DNA of 30,238 nucleotides. Origin: a virus (lineage: Duplodnaviria; Caudoviricetes). The DNA is taken from the IMG/VR virus record IMGVR_UViG_3300038954_000398, positions 1-30,238 of that record; one strand, given 5' to 3'. The notes under the pieces are model-generated. The model did no database searches. It saw only the letters and a program-made list of their open reading frames with translations, and was not told the origin of the DNA. Made by a program: the position numbers and the translations under genes. Below are positions 8,205 to 16,085 of this stretch, piece by piece (the stretch's first letter is position 1; each line of letters opens with the position of its first letter).

Positions 8205-8678
8205 ATGGCGCTCGAACTAGAAAACTATGATCCAGCCAGGAAGTACGGCGCTGTAGCCGGAGAATCTGACTTGGCTGTATCACAAGGTAGTGTGATTATT
8301 GGAGACTCCAATGGAGCGGGGACTGAACTTGACGCTTCCGGGAGTGGTAAAGTATTAGTGGGGAATGGAACAACTGCCGCTTCAGTAGCAGTATCCGGAG
8401 ATGCGACATTGGCATCTAACGGAGCTGTAACATTAGCGGACGACTCTATCTCCAAGGCTAAGCTAGACTATGAAGTAGTAGAGGTAACTGTATCTACCGG
8501 ACAGACTTCCGGGACGGCTACCGTCACGGAAGACGCTGAGATTCTAGGTTATTACCCAACCGGCAATCAGGATCAATTCGTTGACAATATTGCAGTCTCT
8601 ACCACCACCTTGACCTTAACATTAGCGGCCGCAGCAACCGCTGATAACACCTATAAGGTGACTCTAATCAAACCTTAA
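8205..8678 (+). CDS. putative capsid decoration / head fibre protein
   Basis: Immediately after the capsid gene; small-residue beta-rich; 'VSGDATLASNGAVTLADDSI' fibre-type segment. Confidence 0.6.
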   Translation: MALELENYDPARKYGAVAGESDLAVSQGSVIIGDSNGAGTELDASGSGKVLVGNGTTAASVAVSGDATLASNGAVTLADDSISKAKLDYEVVEVTVSTGQTSGTATVTEDAEILGYYPTGNQDQFVDNIAVSTTTLTLTLAAAATADNTYKVTLIKP

Positions 8679-8687
8679 CAAAACACT

Positions 8688-9407
8688 ATGACCCAAATTA
8701 CAGGGGCAATGTTGATTTCCCCCCAGGAAGTCTTCAACGAAAGCTCTGTTCAGAATACCGACCTCGGTCAAGTTGCAAGGACTCCAGACGGTCGTTGCTT
8801 CCGTTATGTTCAAGCGGGATCAACAGCTTTAGTTGCTGGTAAGTTGCAGCAGGCCCCCGCTATCGTTGCCAACCATAAGAACATTGCTGTTGCAGAGGCA
8901 GCTAGCGCTGGAGCAACCACGGTAACCGTAACCTTGGGAGCAACCGCCGCAACCGCCAATGCGTATTCTAACGGATACCTGGTTGTTAACGACGGAGACG
9001 GTGAAGGATACACTTACCAAATCAAATCTCACCCTGCCGCGGACGCTTCTGCTAGCTTGGAAGTGGAGCTTTATGACGAACTGGAAGAGGCTTTGACCAC
9101 CAGTTCTGAGGTCTGCTTGATTCCCAACAAGTATAACGGAGTAATTGTTAATCCAACCACTGCAACTAATGTGCCAGTTGGAGTAGCAGTTAAGGATATT
9201 ACCGCTAGTTACTACGGATGGATCCAGACCAAGGGCCCAGTTGGCTGTCTAAACGACAGCGCAACTGGTGTAGGCCTAGGCTTGGCACCTTCTGGCAGTG
9301 TAGCGGGCGCTCTAGCAACCGTAGCGGCTACTACTAACCAAGTAGCCACCGCTTTGCAAGCTGGGGTAGACACCGAATATCGAACAGTCGACCTTCGAAT
9401 GGAATAA
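8688..9407 (+). CDS. putative capsid cement/decoration protein
   Basis: 'LGQVARTPDGRCFRYVQAG' and 'YYGWIQTKGP' resemble beta-tulip-type head decoration proteins; position after capsid. Confidence 0.65.
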   Translation: MTQITGAMLISPQEVFNESSVQNTDLGQVARTPDGRCFRYVQAGSTALVAGKLQQAPAIVANHKNIAVAEAASAGATTVTVTLGATAATANAYSNGYLVVNDGDGEGYTYQIKSHPAADASASLEVELYDELEEALTTSSEVCLIPNKYNGVIVNPTTATNVPVGVAVKDITASYYGWIQTKGPVGCLNDSATGVGLGLAPSGSVAGALATVAATTNQVATALQAGVDTEYRTVDLRME

Positions 9408-9414
9408 ACGGCTT

Positions 9415-9441
9415 CTAGGGGGTGTGCCCAACACCCCCTAG
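9415..9441 (+). other. perfect 11-bp hairpin without U-tract
   Basis: CTAGGGGGTGT-gccca-ACACCCCCTAG right after the 8688..9407 stop. Confidence 0.75.
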
Positions 9442-9473
9442 GGTGCTAACTCATAGGAACTCACCCACCCTAT
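9441..9473 (+). promoter_or_regulatory. 5' leader motif copy B (pseudoknot-like)
   Basis: GGGTG(9441-45)/CACCC(9462-66) crossed with ATAGG(9453-57)/CCTAT(9469-73); 13 nt before ATG 9487. Confidence 0.55.
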
Positions 9474-9486
9474 AATCAACAATAAA

Positions 9487-9897
9487 ATGAAAGCCATTCT
9501 TTTTACTAACTGGACCGACGAAGACTTTAGCTGGAAGTGGGACGGCGTAATTTACGAATTCCCCGCTAAGCAGTCAATTCACCTACCAGAATATCAAGCA
9601 GAGCACTTTTCCAAGCATTTAGTAGACCGGGAGATGAACAAACTAAAAATTAGAGTTAACGACCCAATCAGGGAGGAGCTAAAAAAGAAATGTTTTAGCG
9701 GCGAATCAATGGAAGCTCAAGACGAGGCGAGCTTACAAGTAAGAATTGCCAACGCTAAAAAAGAAGCTAAAGAAGAGGAGAAATCAATGCGAACCAAAAA
9801 AGGAGACGATGAGGACATCAAGGAAGAAGCTAAGGCACGAAAACAGCTTAGAAAGAAACTAGAAGAAGAAGATAAATTTGAGGGCAAGAAAAAATGA
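9487..9897 (+). CDS. hypothetical morphogenesis protein
   Basis: 136 aa; 'FTNWTDEDFSWKWDG...AEHFSKHL' N-domain plus charged tail. Confidence 0.7.
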   Translation: MKAILFTNWTDEDFSWKWDGVIYEFPAKQSIHLPEYQAEHFSKHLVDREMNKLKIRVNDPIREELKKKCFSGESMEAQDEASLQVRIANAKKEAKEEEKSMRTKKGDDEDIKEEAKARKQLRKKLEEEDKFEGKKK

Positions 9898-10586
9898 AGC
9901 TTTTCAGCGCAAAAGAAATCTCTAAACAAAAAGAGGATCGGCAAGTAAAACTTACAAGAGAAGCAATTGAGATTGAAAACAAAGTATCTAAGATGCGGAA
10001 TGACCTTAGAGGCTTTAAGGAAAAGTTTGCCGACAAGAAAGAAAAAATAGAGAACTCTTTTGAAAACTTTAAGAAAAAAATCGAATCCAAGGAAGGAAAA
10101 CTTCTTGGAAGAGTTAAAGAGCTAGAAGAAAGAAAAAGGGAAGCAAAGAAGCCTCTGATAGAAATGGAAAACGCCCTCTATACAAAAGAGCAGGATATTG
10201 AAAAAGAGAGAGAAGGTTTGACTGTTTGGAAAAAATCACTCGAAAATAAAGACATCAAACTAACCAGAATAACGGCCAAACTAGACAAGGAGCAAAAAGA
10301 AACCCAAAAGAAAATGGAATTGGCGGAAGACAAAAGAAAGGAGGCCAACAAGGAGCTCAAGAAACTTTCCAAAAAGGAGGCGTTGGTTGACAAGAAAGAA
10401 AAAGCCATCAATGAAAAAGAAGCTAAACAACAAGCCGACTTCGAGGAACAGCGCAAGTCTTTGAAAGCTGAAAAAACAGCCTTGGAAACCATTAAAAACC
10501 AACTAGACAAAGAGCGAGAGCAGCTCGAAAAAGAGAAAACAAGATTAAAGCAATACAATGCAAAGGTCAATCTCCCCTACAACTAA
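9894..10586 (+). CDS. long coiled-coil protein
   Basis: 230 aa, K/E-rich heptads; ATGA overlap with previous gene. Confidence 0.7.
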   Translation: MKLFSAKEISKQKEDRQVKLTREAIEIENKVSKMRNDLRGFKEKFADKKEKIENSFENFKKKIESKEGKLLGRVKELEERKREAKKPLIEMENALYTKEQDIEKEREGLTVWKKSLENKDIKLTRITAKLDKEQKETQKKMELAEDKRKEANKELKKLSKKEALVDKKEKAINEKEAKQQADFEEQRKSLKAEKTALETIKNQLDKEREQLEKEKTRLKQYNAKVNLPYN

Positions 10587-10860
10587 TGTCAACACACCGG
10601 AGATCCTCACCTCAGAGGGAACCGTTCTCACCGAGAACCAGGACCGAAGGTCTTGGCATATTCAAAATTTGGGGACCAACCCCTTATATGTACGATTAGG
10701 AGGAACCGCATCAAGTACGGTTTTTCATGTTGTTCTTAAAGGAGGCACAACCAATGATGATGGAGAAGGAGGAACATTCTCCGAGAGTAGCGGCCTCGTA
10801 TATGGAGGTTTAATTTCAGTGGCGGGCACTTCGCCACGCTATGTAGCAAGAGAATCATGA
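10558..10860 (+). CDS. small beta-sandwich virion protein
   Basis: 'RRSWHIQNLGTNPLYVRLG...YGGLIS' pattern seen in small phage structural/spike-base proteins. Confidence 0.6.
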   Translation: MQRSISPTTNVNTPEILTSEGTVLTENQDRRSWHIQNLGTNPLYVRLGGTASSTVFHVVLKGGTTNDDGEGGTFSESSGLVYGGLISVAGTSPRYVARES

Positions 10861-11333
10861 TCAACCAACCCGAAAACTCGAAACTGCCTTATGAAGTAAA
10901 GCAAGCCCTCTCTCGGGTTAATAGGCAGGTTGAAGCTGCCAAAGAAGACCTCAAAAAGATGAACAAAGAAAGGGCAAGCGTCAGAGCAGAACTAGAGCAA
11001 AAAACTAAAGACTTGGAGAGCGTCCAGAAAAAGGTCTCAAATTATGAGAGTATGAAAGTAGAGGCTATGGATGACTACAACAAAATTGAAAGCCAAAAAG
11101 ACTCCCTAGAGAGAGAAAAGCAAGCTGCTGAAAAAAGAAAAAAAGAAGCAGAAAAAGAGGCAAGGTTCCTAGAAAATAAAGTAGATAAACTAAAAGAGGA
11201 CTTAACCGAGCACCAAGAGAAAGTCAAGGAAGCAAAAAAACTTAAAAAGAACTCAGAAGCTGAGTATAAAGCGCAAAAAAACAAAACCGAAAAACTAATC
11301 GAGAAGTTAAGTAAAATTGTATGGGAAATGTAA
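10857..11333 (+). CDS. coiled-coil protein
   Basis: 158 aa, K/E-rich heptads; ATGA overlap. Confidence 0.65.
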   Translation: MINQPENSKLPYEVKQALSRVNRQVEAAKEDLKKMNKERASVRAELEQKTKDLESVQKKVSNYESMKVEAMDDYNKIESQKDSLEREKQAAEKRKKEAEKEARFLENKVDKLKEDLTEHQEKVKEAKKLKKNSEAEYKAQKNKTEKLIEKLSKIVWEM

Positions 11334-11611
11334 CTCATGGCGTGGCGTCGGTCTCAGGATTGGCATCGGAGGCCAACCAGACCACTATTATAGACAACCA
11401 AGACAACCTATTGGCAGAGGTAAATAAGATAGTAGGGTTTGAAATTGGAGACTATGATTATATTGAAATTACGTATGTAGCATCCGGAAACGGGGTGGGA
11501 GAAATTGAGACTGTTACATATAAAACCGGAGGTTCAGGAGGAACCGCTGTAGCCACCCTAACCCTAACCTATGATGCTAGTGATAACCTTTCTACTATAA
11601 CTAAGAGCTGA
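11321..11611 (+). CDS. small virion protein (probable fibre attachment component)
   Basis: 'DYIEITY...IETVTYKTGGSGGTAVATLTLTYDASDNLSTITKS', a recurring small module that precedes FNPFTG-starting fibre genes. Confidence 0.7.
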   Translation: MGNVTHGVASVSGLASEANQTTIIDNQDNLLAEVNKIVGFEIGDYDYIEITYVASGNGVGEIETVTYKTGGSGGTAVATLTLTYDASDNLSTITKS

Positions 11612-13296
11612 TGTCCTACACATTTAACCCATTCACTGGAAACTTTGACTCCGCCCCCTCCGGAGGTGGAGGGGCTGTTGAAAACGGAACTGCCGACGGT
11701 CAGATGGCTTATTGGGACAATACAGCAGGAGAATGGAAACACACCGAGACGGATGAGCTGTTTTGGGACGACACAAACAAGTTGCTAAAAGTATCAGAGG
11801 CGACTGTATACGGAAACAACTTTGTAACATCGCTAGGTAAGAATGCGGCGGCCTCTTCTATCCCTAGCGGACCTGGTAATGTAGTAGCCATTGGCACATT
11901 TGCTTGCGTTACAAACTCAGGGGATGGAGCAACTGCCGTGGGGAAAGAAGCGATGAGAGCTAATTCCGGGAACTTCTGCACCGGAATTGGGAAAGAAGCC
12001 CTGGAAACTAATAGTCAGGTGTTCGTAACCGCGGTTGGTTATGAGGCCGGACAAAACAACGGCGGTAGCTACAGTGTTATGTTAGGAGCATACGCCGGAG
12101 AGAACAATGGCGGGTTCAGGAACACCTTAGTTGGACAAGAGGCCGGACAAAACAACGCCGGAAACTGGAACGTGGGGATTGGCTCTGGAGCTTTAGACAA
12201 CAATGACTCATCTTATTGTGTTGGTATAGGCGCTAACACAATGAACTCCAACGTCACCAACAGAAGTAATTCAATAGCGATCGGCTATCAATCTATGAGG
12301 CTAGCAGATGGGATAGATTGTATTGCAATAGGAAGAGAATCCCTTGAATCAAACGACGCGAATTATTGCATAGGAATTGGTAGAGATTCTCTAACGGCTA
12401 ACACCGGAAATTATAATGTTGCTATTGGCCACCATGCCGGAACAGACCACACCTCGGGATCCAACAACGTATACCTAGGAGCGTTAACCGGTGACAATGT
12501 AACTACCGGATCAAGTAACATTCTTATTGGGTACGATATAGCGGCTTCAGCGGTAGATGTAAGTAATGAGTTGAATATTGGTAACACACTATACGGCGAT
12601 CTAAGCACTAACGACCTTTGGCAGCCGAATGATAGCGATAAATTCTCCTGGGGAGCAGGTAAAGACATGTCTGTTTACTATGACGGAACGGACGGCTGGA
12701 TTAAAACCGATGAAGTCGCAGCAAGTGACCTTAATATCTCTTGTGGAACTGACAAGACCATTGAACTTCAAGAAACGGTCTGGGACGACATCAATTTAGG
12801 GGCGGCTCAACTATCACAACCAGCTTCAAATCAACCCGATATTGATACCTTTGTTGATAACACTGGGACGGATACGGGGATTGAGACTTATGCTTTTGCT
12901 ACCGGCGAAAAAGTGCACGGAGAATTTGAGCTCATCCACACTTATAAAGAAGGGACAGACTTAAAGCCTCACATTCATTTTCAGATAAAAGACACCCCCA
13001 GCGGAACTGATTACGTAAGATGGAGGATTACTTACACAATTGCTAAATCTGGCAACACGCTTTCACCTGTTTCAACTATAGAAGGCGAGTGTGCAGTCGA
13101 TACTCAGTACGAAAATTACTTTTGTACTTTCCCCGATATATCCGGAACCGGTCTTGAGATAGGGGATCAATTCTTAATGACACTGGAGAGAATCACAGCG
13201 ACAGGGGACGCTTTTACTGGAGATGCCCTCCTTCAAACCGTAGGAATCCATCACGAAGTTGACACAATGGGATCAAGACAAATAGCATCTAAATAA
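11611..13296 (+). CDS. tail fibre/spike with trimeric-autotransporter (YadA head-like) beta-roll repeats
   Basis: N-terminal YTFNPFTGNFD; many ~14-aa repeats (TAVG/VGIG/IAIG...A...N); C-terminal beta domain 'VWDDI...HIHF...GIHHEVD'. Confidence 0.75.
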   Translation: MSYTFNPFTGNFDSAPSGGGGAVENGTADGQMAYWDNTAGEWKHTETDELFWDDTNKLLKVSEATVYGNNFVTSLGKNAAASSIPSGPGNVVAIGTFACVTNSGDGATAVGKEAMRANSGNFCTGIGKEALETNSQVFVTAVGYEAGQNNGGSYSVMLGAYAGENNGGFRNTLVGQEAGQNNAGNWNVGIGSGALDNNDSSYCVGIGANTMNSNVTNRSNSIAIGYQSMRLADGIDCIAIGRESLESNDANYCIGIGRDSLTANTGNYNVAIGHHAGTDHTSGSNNVYLGALTGDNVTTGSSNILIGYDIAASAVDVSNELNIGNTLYGDLSTNDLWQPNDSDKFSWGAGKDMSVYYDGTDGWIKTDEVAASDLNISCGTDKTIELQETVWDDINLGAAQLSQPASNQPDIDTFVDNTGTDTGIETYAFATGEKVHGEFELIHTYKEGTDLKPHIHFQIKDTPSGTDYVRWRITYTIAKSGNTLSPVSTIEGECAVDTQYENYFCTFPDISGTGLEIGDQFLMTLERITATGDAFTGDALLQTVGIHHEVDTMGSRQIASK

Positions 13297-13297
13297 T

Positions 13298-13720
13298 ATG
13301 AACGCACCAAGAGATGACAATGATATACCAGTATTACTGGGCCAAGACGCAACCACGGGAGAGGCGGTGCCGTTATTGGTAGATGAAGAGGGAAGGCTTC
13401 TAACAATGCTTGTTTATTCTGAATTTGAACCAGAACCAAACCAGGAGATTGCAATAGATGACAATTATAATTATGTAGGACTAGCAGTTACAGACGAGGA
13501 AGAGGGGGCAACAATTGAAGCGGGAGAATCAATGGGGTTATTGTTGTCGTTAACTTACCCAAAAGAAACAGTAGTGGAAGAGGCAGCGGCAGGAGGAACA
13601 ATTTACCCCCTAATCGCCGACCCAACCACTGGTTACTTATTAGTAGATGTGAGTAAGACCGACGAAGAAATAATCACTGGATCTCCTATGGGGCTCCTAT
13701 TATCATTAACATATTCATAA
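13298..13720 (+). CDS. acidic virion linker protein with duplicated motifs
   Basis: Two A-x-x-D-D-N...PL-x-x-D...G-x-LL units and two G-x-x-MGLLLSLTY motifs. Confidence 0.65.
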   Translation: MNAPRDDNDIPVLLGQDATTGEAVPLLVDEEGRLLTMLVYSEFEPEPNQEIAIDDNYNYVGLAVTDEEEGATIEAGESMGLLLSLTYPKETVVEEAAAGGTIYPLIADPTTGYLLVDVSKTDEEIITGSPMGLLLSLTYS

Positions 13721-13721
13721 A

Positions 13722-14936
13722 ATGGCAGACGCAAATGTAGACATAACCCAGGGGTCGGGGACTAGTATCGATACTAGAACTGAAACAACCAATGGTCATC
13801 ACCGGCAAGTTGTTGTTCTGGGAGACCCGGCTACTAACGCCGGTATAGCAGCCGTTGACGCAACCAACGGCGTAAGTGTGAATGTAACCAACTCAACCTT
13901 GTCAGTTGATGCGGTAACCTCAATCACCAACGCAATCGACATTGCGGATATTTCAAGCGGAACTCAAACCAATGACGTAAAAGTTACCCTTGACAGTGAA
14001 ACGGTAGATATTGGGAATATTAGCTCAGGAGTACAAACTAATGATGTTAAAGTAACTTTAGACTCTGAAGCAGTAGTCTTGGGAGCTGGAAGCGCTAGCA
14101 TCGGTAAGTTAGGAGCTAACAGCGGGGTAGATATTGGGGATGTAGATGTAACCTCTATGCCAGCAACCGCAGGAGAGGCAGGAGCCTTGCCTAGCGAGTT
14201 TGTAGTGGTGGCAGCGGACAACGGAACCAATACACAACCACTCCAAACATCAGCAGGGGGAGACCTCAAAGTAACCCTAGACGGAGAGGAGCCAAGTGTA
14301 ACAATAGCAACCGACTCTGTAGGACTCGCTAAGGAGTCAGGTGGAAATTTAGACACTATAGCAGGTGCAGTGAGTGGCTCAGAAATGCAGGTGGATGTAG
14401 TTTCTAGCGCCCTTCCTACCGGAGCAAGTACCTCAGCCAACCAAACAACTATCATCGGACACGTAGACGGTATTGAAGGATTACTGGGAACAATTGACGC
14501 GGACACTTCTTCTTTGGCGGGAACAGTAAGCGGAAGCGAAATCCAAACTGACATTGTAGCCGAACTACCAGCCGGAACTCAGACTATTGGTAAAATCGCA
14601 CCAAACGATCAAGACCTTTCAGCAAGCACCACTCTAACCAAAAAATATTACACCAACGCTGGAGCCGTAACCGACGGAGTTGTTTGGAGTCCATCAGCAG
14701 GCAAGCGATGGTACATTACAGATATTTTCATTAACACCTCAGCAGCAGCAACCGTAACCCTTGAAGATGACCTTTCCGGAGGAGATAGCCCAGTTTGGAA
14801 GGCAGAACTAGCAGCCAATTCAGGCTGGAGCCATAGCTTTAACACGCCTCTATTTAGCGGAGAAGATGGAGCTGATTTACTAGTAACTACTGATGCTGGA
14901 AATGTTTATATAACTATCACGGGGTATGAAGTTTAA
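13722..14936 (+). CDS. fibre-like virion protein with internal repeats
   Basis: Repeats ISSGxQTNDVKVTLDSE (x2) and VSGSExQxDxV (x2); C-terminal beta domain 'PSAGKRWYITDIFIN...ITITGYEV'. Confidence 0.7.
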   Translation: MADANVDITQGSGTSIDTRTETTNGHHRQVVVLGDPATNAGIAAVDATNGVSVNVTNSTLSVDAVTSITNAIDIADISSGTQTNDVKVTLDSETVDIGNISSGVQTNDVKVTLDSEAVVLGAGSASIGKLGANSGVDIGDVDVTSMPATAGEAGALPSEFVVVAADNGTNTQPLQTSAGGDLKVTLDGEEPSVTIATDSVGLAKESGGNLDTIAGAVSGSEMQVDVVSSALPTGASTSANQTTIIGHVDGIEGLLGTIDADTSSLAGTVSGSEIQTDIVAELPAGTQTIGKIAPNDQDLSASTTLTKKYYTNAGAVTDGVVWSPSAGKRWYITDIFINTSAAATVTLEDDLSGGDSPVWKAELAANSGWSHSFNTPLFSGEDGADLLVTTDAGNVYITITGYEV

Positions 14937-14952
14937 GTTTTAAAGAAAAAAA

Positions 14953-16083
14953 ATGGCTGATATAGATCTCGGAAATGGTTATGGAGCTGGAGGTTCGGCC
15001 AACTTAGTTTGGACGGACTCTTCTACCGGGTACGCCTTCATTAGCAACGGATCTTTAACCCCTGGCTTTGCTTACAAAAAAACAACAGATGGAGGGGCAA
15101 CTTGGGGCAGTCTTCAGTCGATTTCCAGCGGAGCAGGCGACGGATCTTTCGGGATATGGTACGACAAGTGGACAGATGGCACCGGGACTAAGATTCACCT
15201 TTTTTACCATGATGACTCTAATTTTGTTTATAACTACCTAGACACCTCTGACGACTCAGTTGGAACGGCCGTTTCGGTTTATTCTGGGCAGTCATCCGGA
15301 AACTTCGACGACTTGAGTGTTGTTAGAGCAAGAGGGGGTAATATTTATGTTGTAAGCACGAGAAACAACGATTTATACAGGTCTACTGACAGCGGGTCAA
15401 CTTGGTCCGCCAGGGCAACTGTCGGAGTAGGAAGTGACGACCAACTCAAGCTTGCTCCAGGGGCGGAGGTTGATGGAAATGATATTTTTGTAATTTTTGC
15501 AGACAACGGGGATGATGATGTTATATTAAAGGTTTATGATGACTCTGCTAATACTGTTTCTACCGCCAACATAGACACGGGGTTATTAATAAACACTGGG
15601 ACATCTATTTTAAGAGTTTCTCACCGGAAGTCTGACAATCATTGCATTTTGGCTTATTGGTACTTATACAACAACGCCAACGCAGATATTAAGGCGTTTG
15701 ATATAGGGGGGACTTCCTCAATAACTCAATTAACCAATCCAGTAGAAAATAAAGATGATGCGGCGTCAAAGTGCGGCGTGTTGGTTGACAACAATACCGA
15801 TGATATTTATTGCGTTTACGGATATGGATCTTCAGGTGTTTATTACAAAAAGTCTACCGATGGAGGAACAACCTGGGGAGCAGAGGAGACTTTGACAAAC
15901 GAAAGTCTCAACTCAACATCTGATGATATAACCGACATGGGAACCGCAGTTGATACGCTTCCATCTACACTAAGAGCCTATTATGGATCCAGCTCTAATG
16001 CTAAGATAACAAGCCCCTCTATAACAAGCCCCTCTTCAGTTAAAGACATCATCTCTTCAGGAATAATTCCTTTTAATCGATAA
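14953..16083 (+). CDS. BNR/Asp-box (sialidase-like beta-propeller) protein, putative receptor-binding/glycan-active
   Basis: Asp-boxes KTTDGGATW, RSTDSGSTW, KSTDGGTTW. Confidence 0.75.
   Translation: MADIDLGNGYGAGGSANLVWTDSSTGYAFISNGSLTPGFAYKKTTDGGATWGSLQSISSGAGDGSFGIWYDKWTDGTGTKIHLFYHDDSNFVYNYLDTSDDSVGTAVSVYSGQSSGNFDDLSVVRARGGNIYVVSTRNNDLYRSTDSGSTWSARATVGVGSDDQLKLAPGAEVDGNDIFVIFADNGDDDVILKVYDDSANTVSTANIDTGLLINTGTSILRVSHRKSDNHCILAYWYLYNNANADIKAFDIGGTSSITQLTNPVENKDDAASKCGVLVDNNTDDIYCVYGYGSSGVYYKKSTDGGTTWGAEETLTNESLNSTSDDITDMGTAVDTLPSTLRAYYGSSSNAKITSPSITSPSSVKDIISSGIIPFNR
16006..16035 (+). repeat. perfect 15-bp tandem duplication
   Basis: ATAACAAGCCCCTCT x2, coding ITSPS-ITSPS linker. Confidence 0.9.
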
Positions 16084-16085
16084 CA

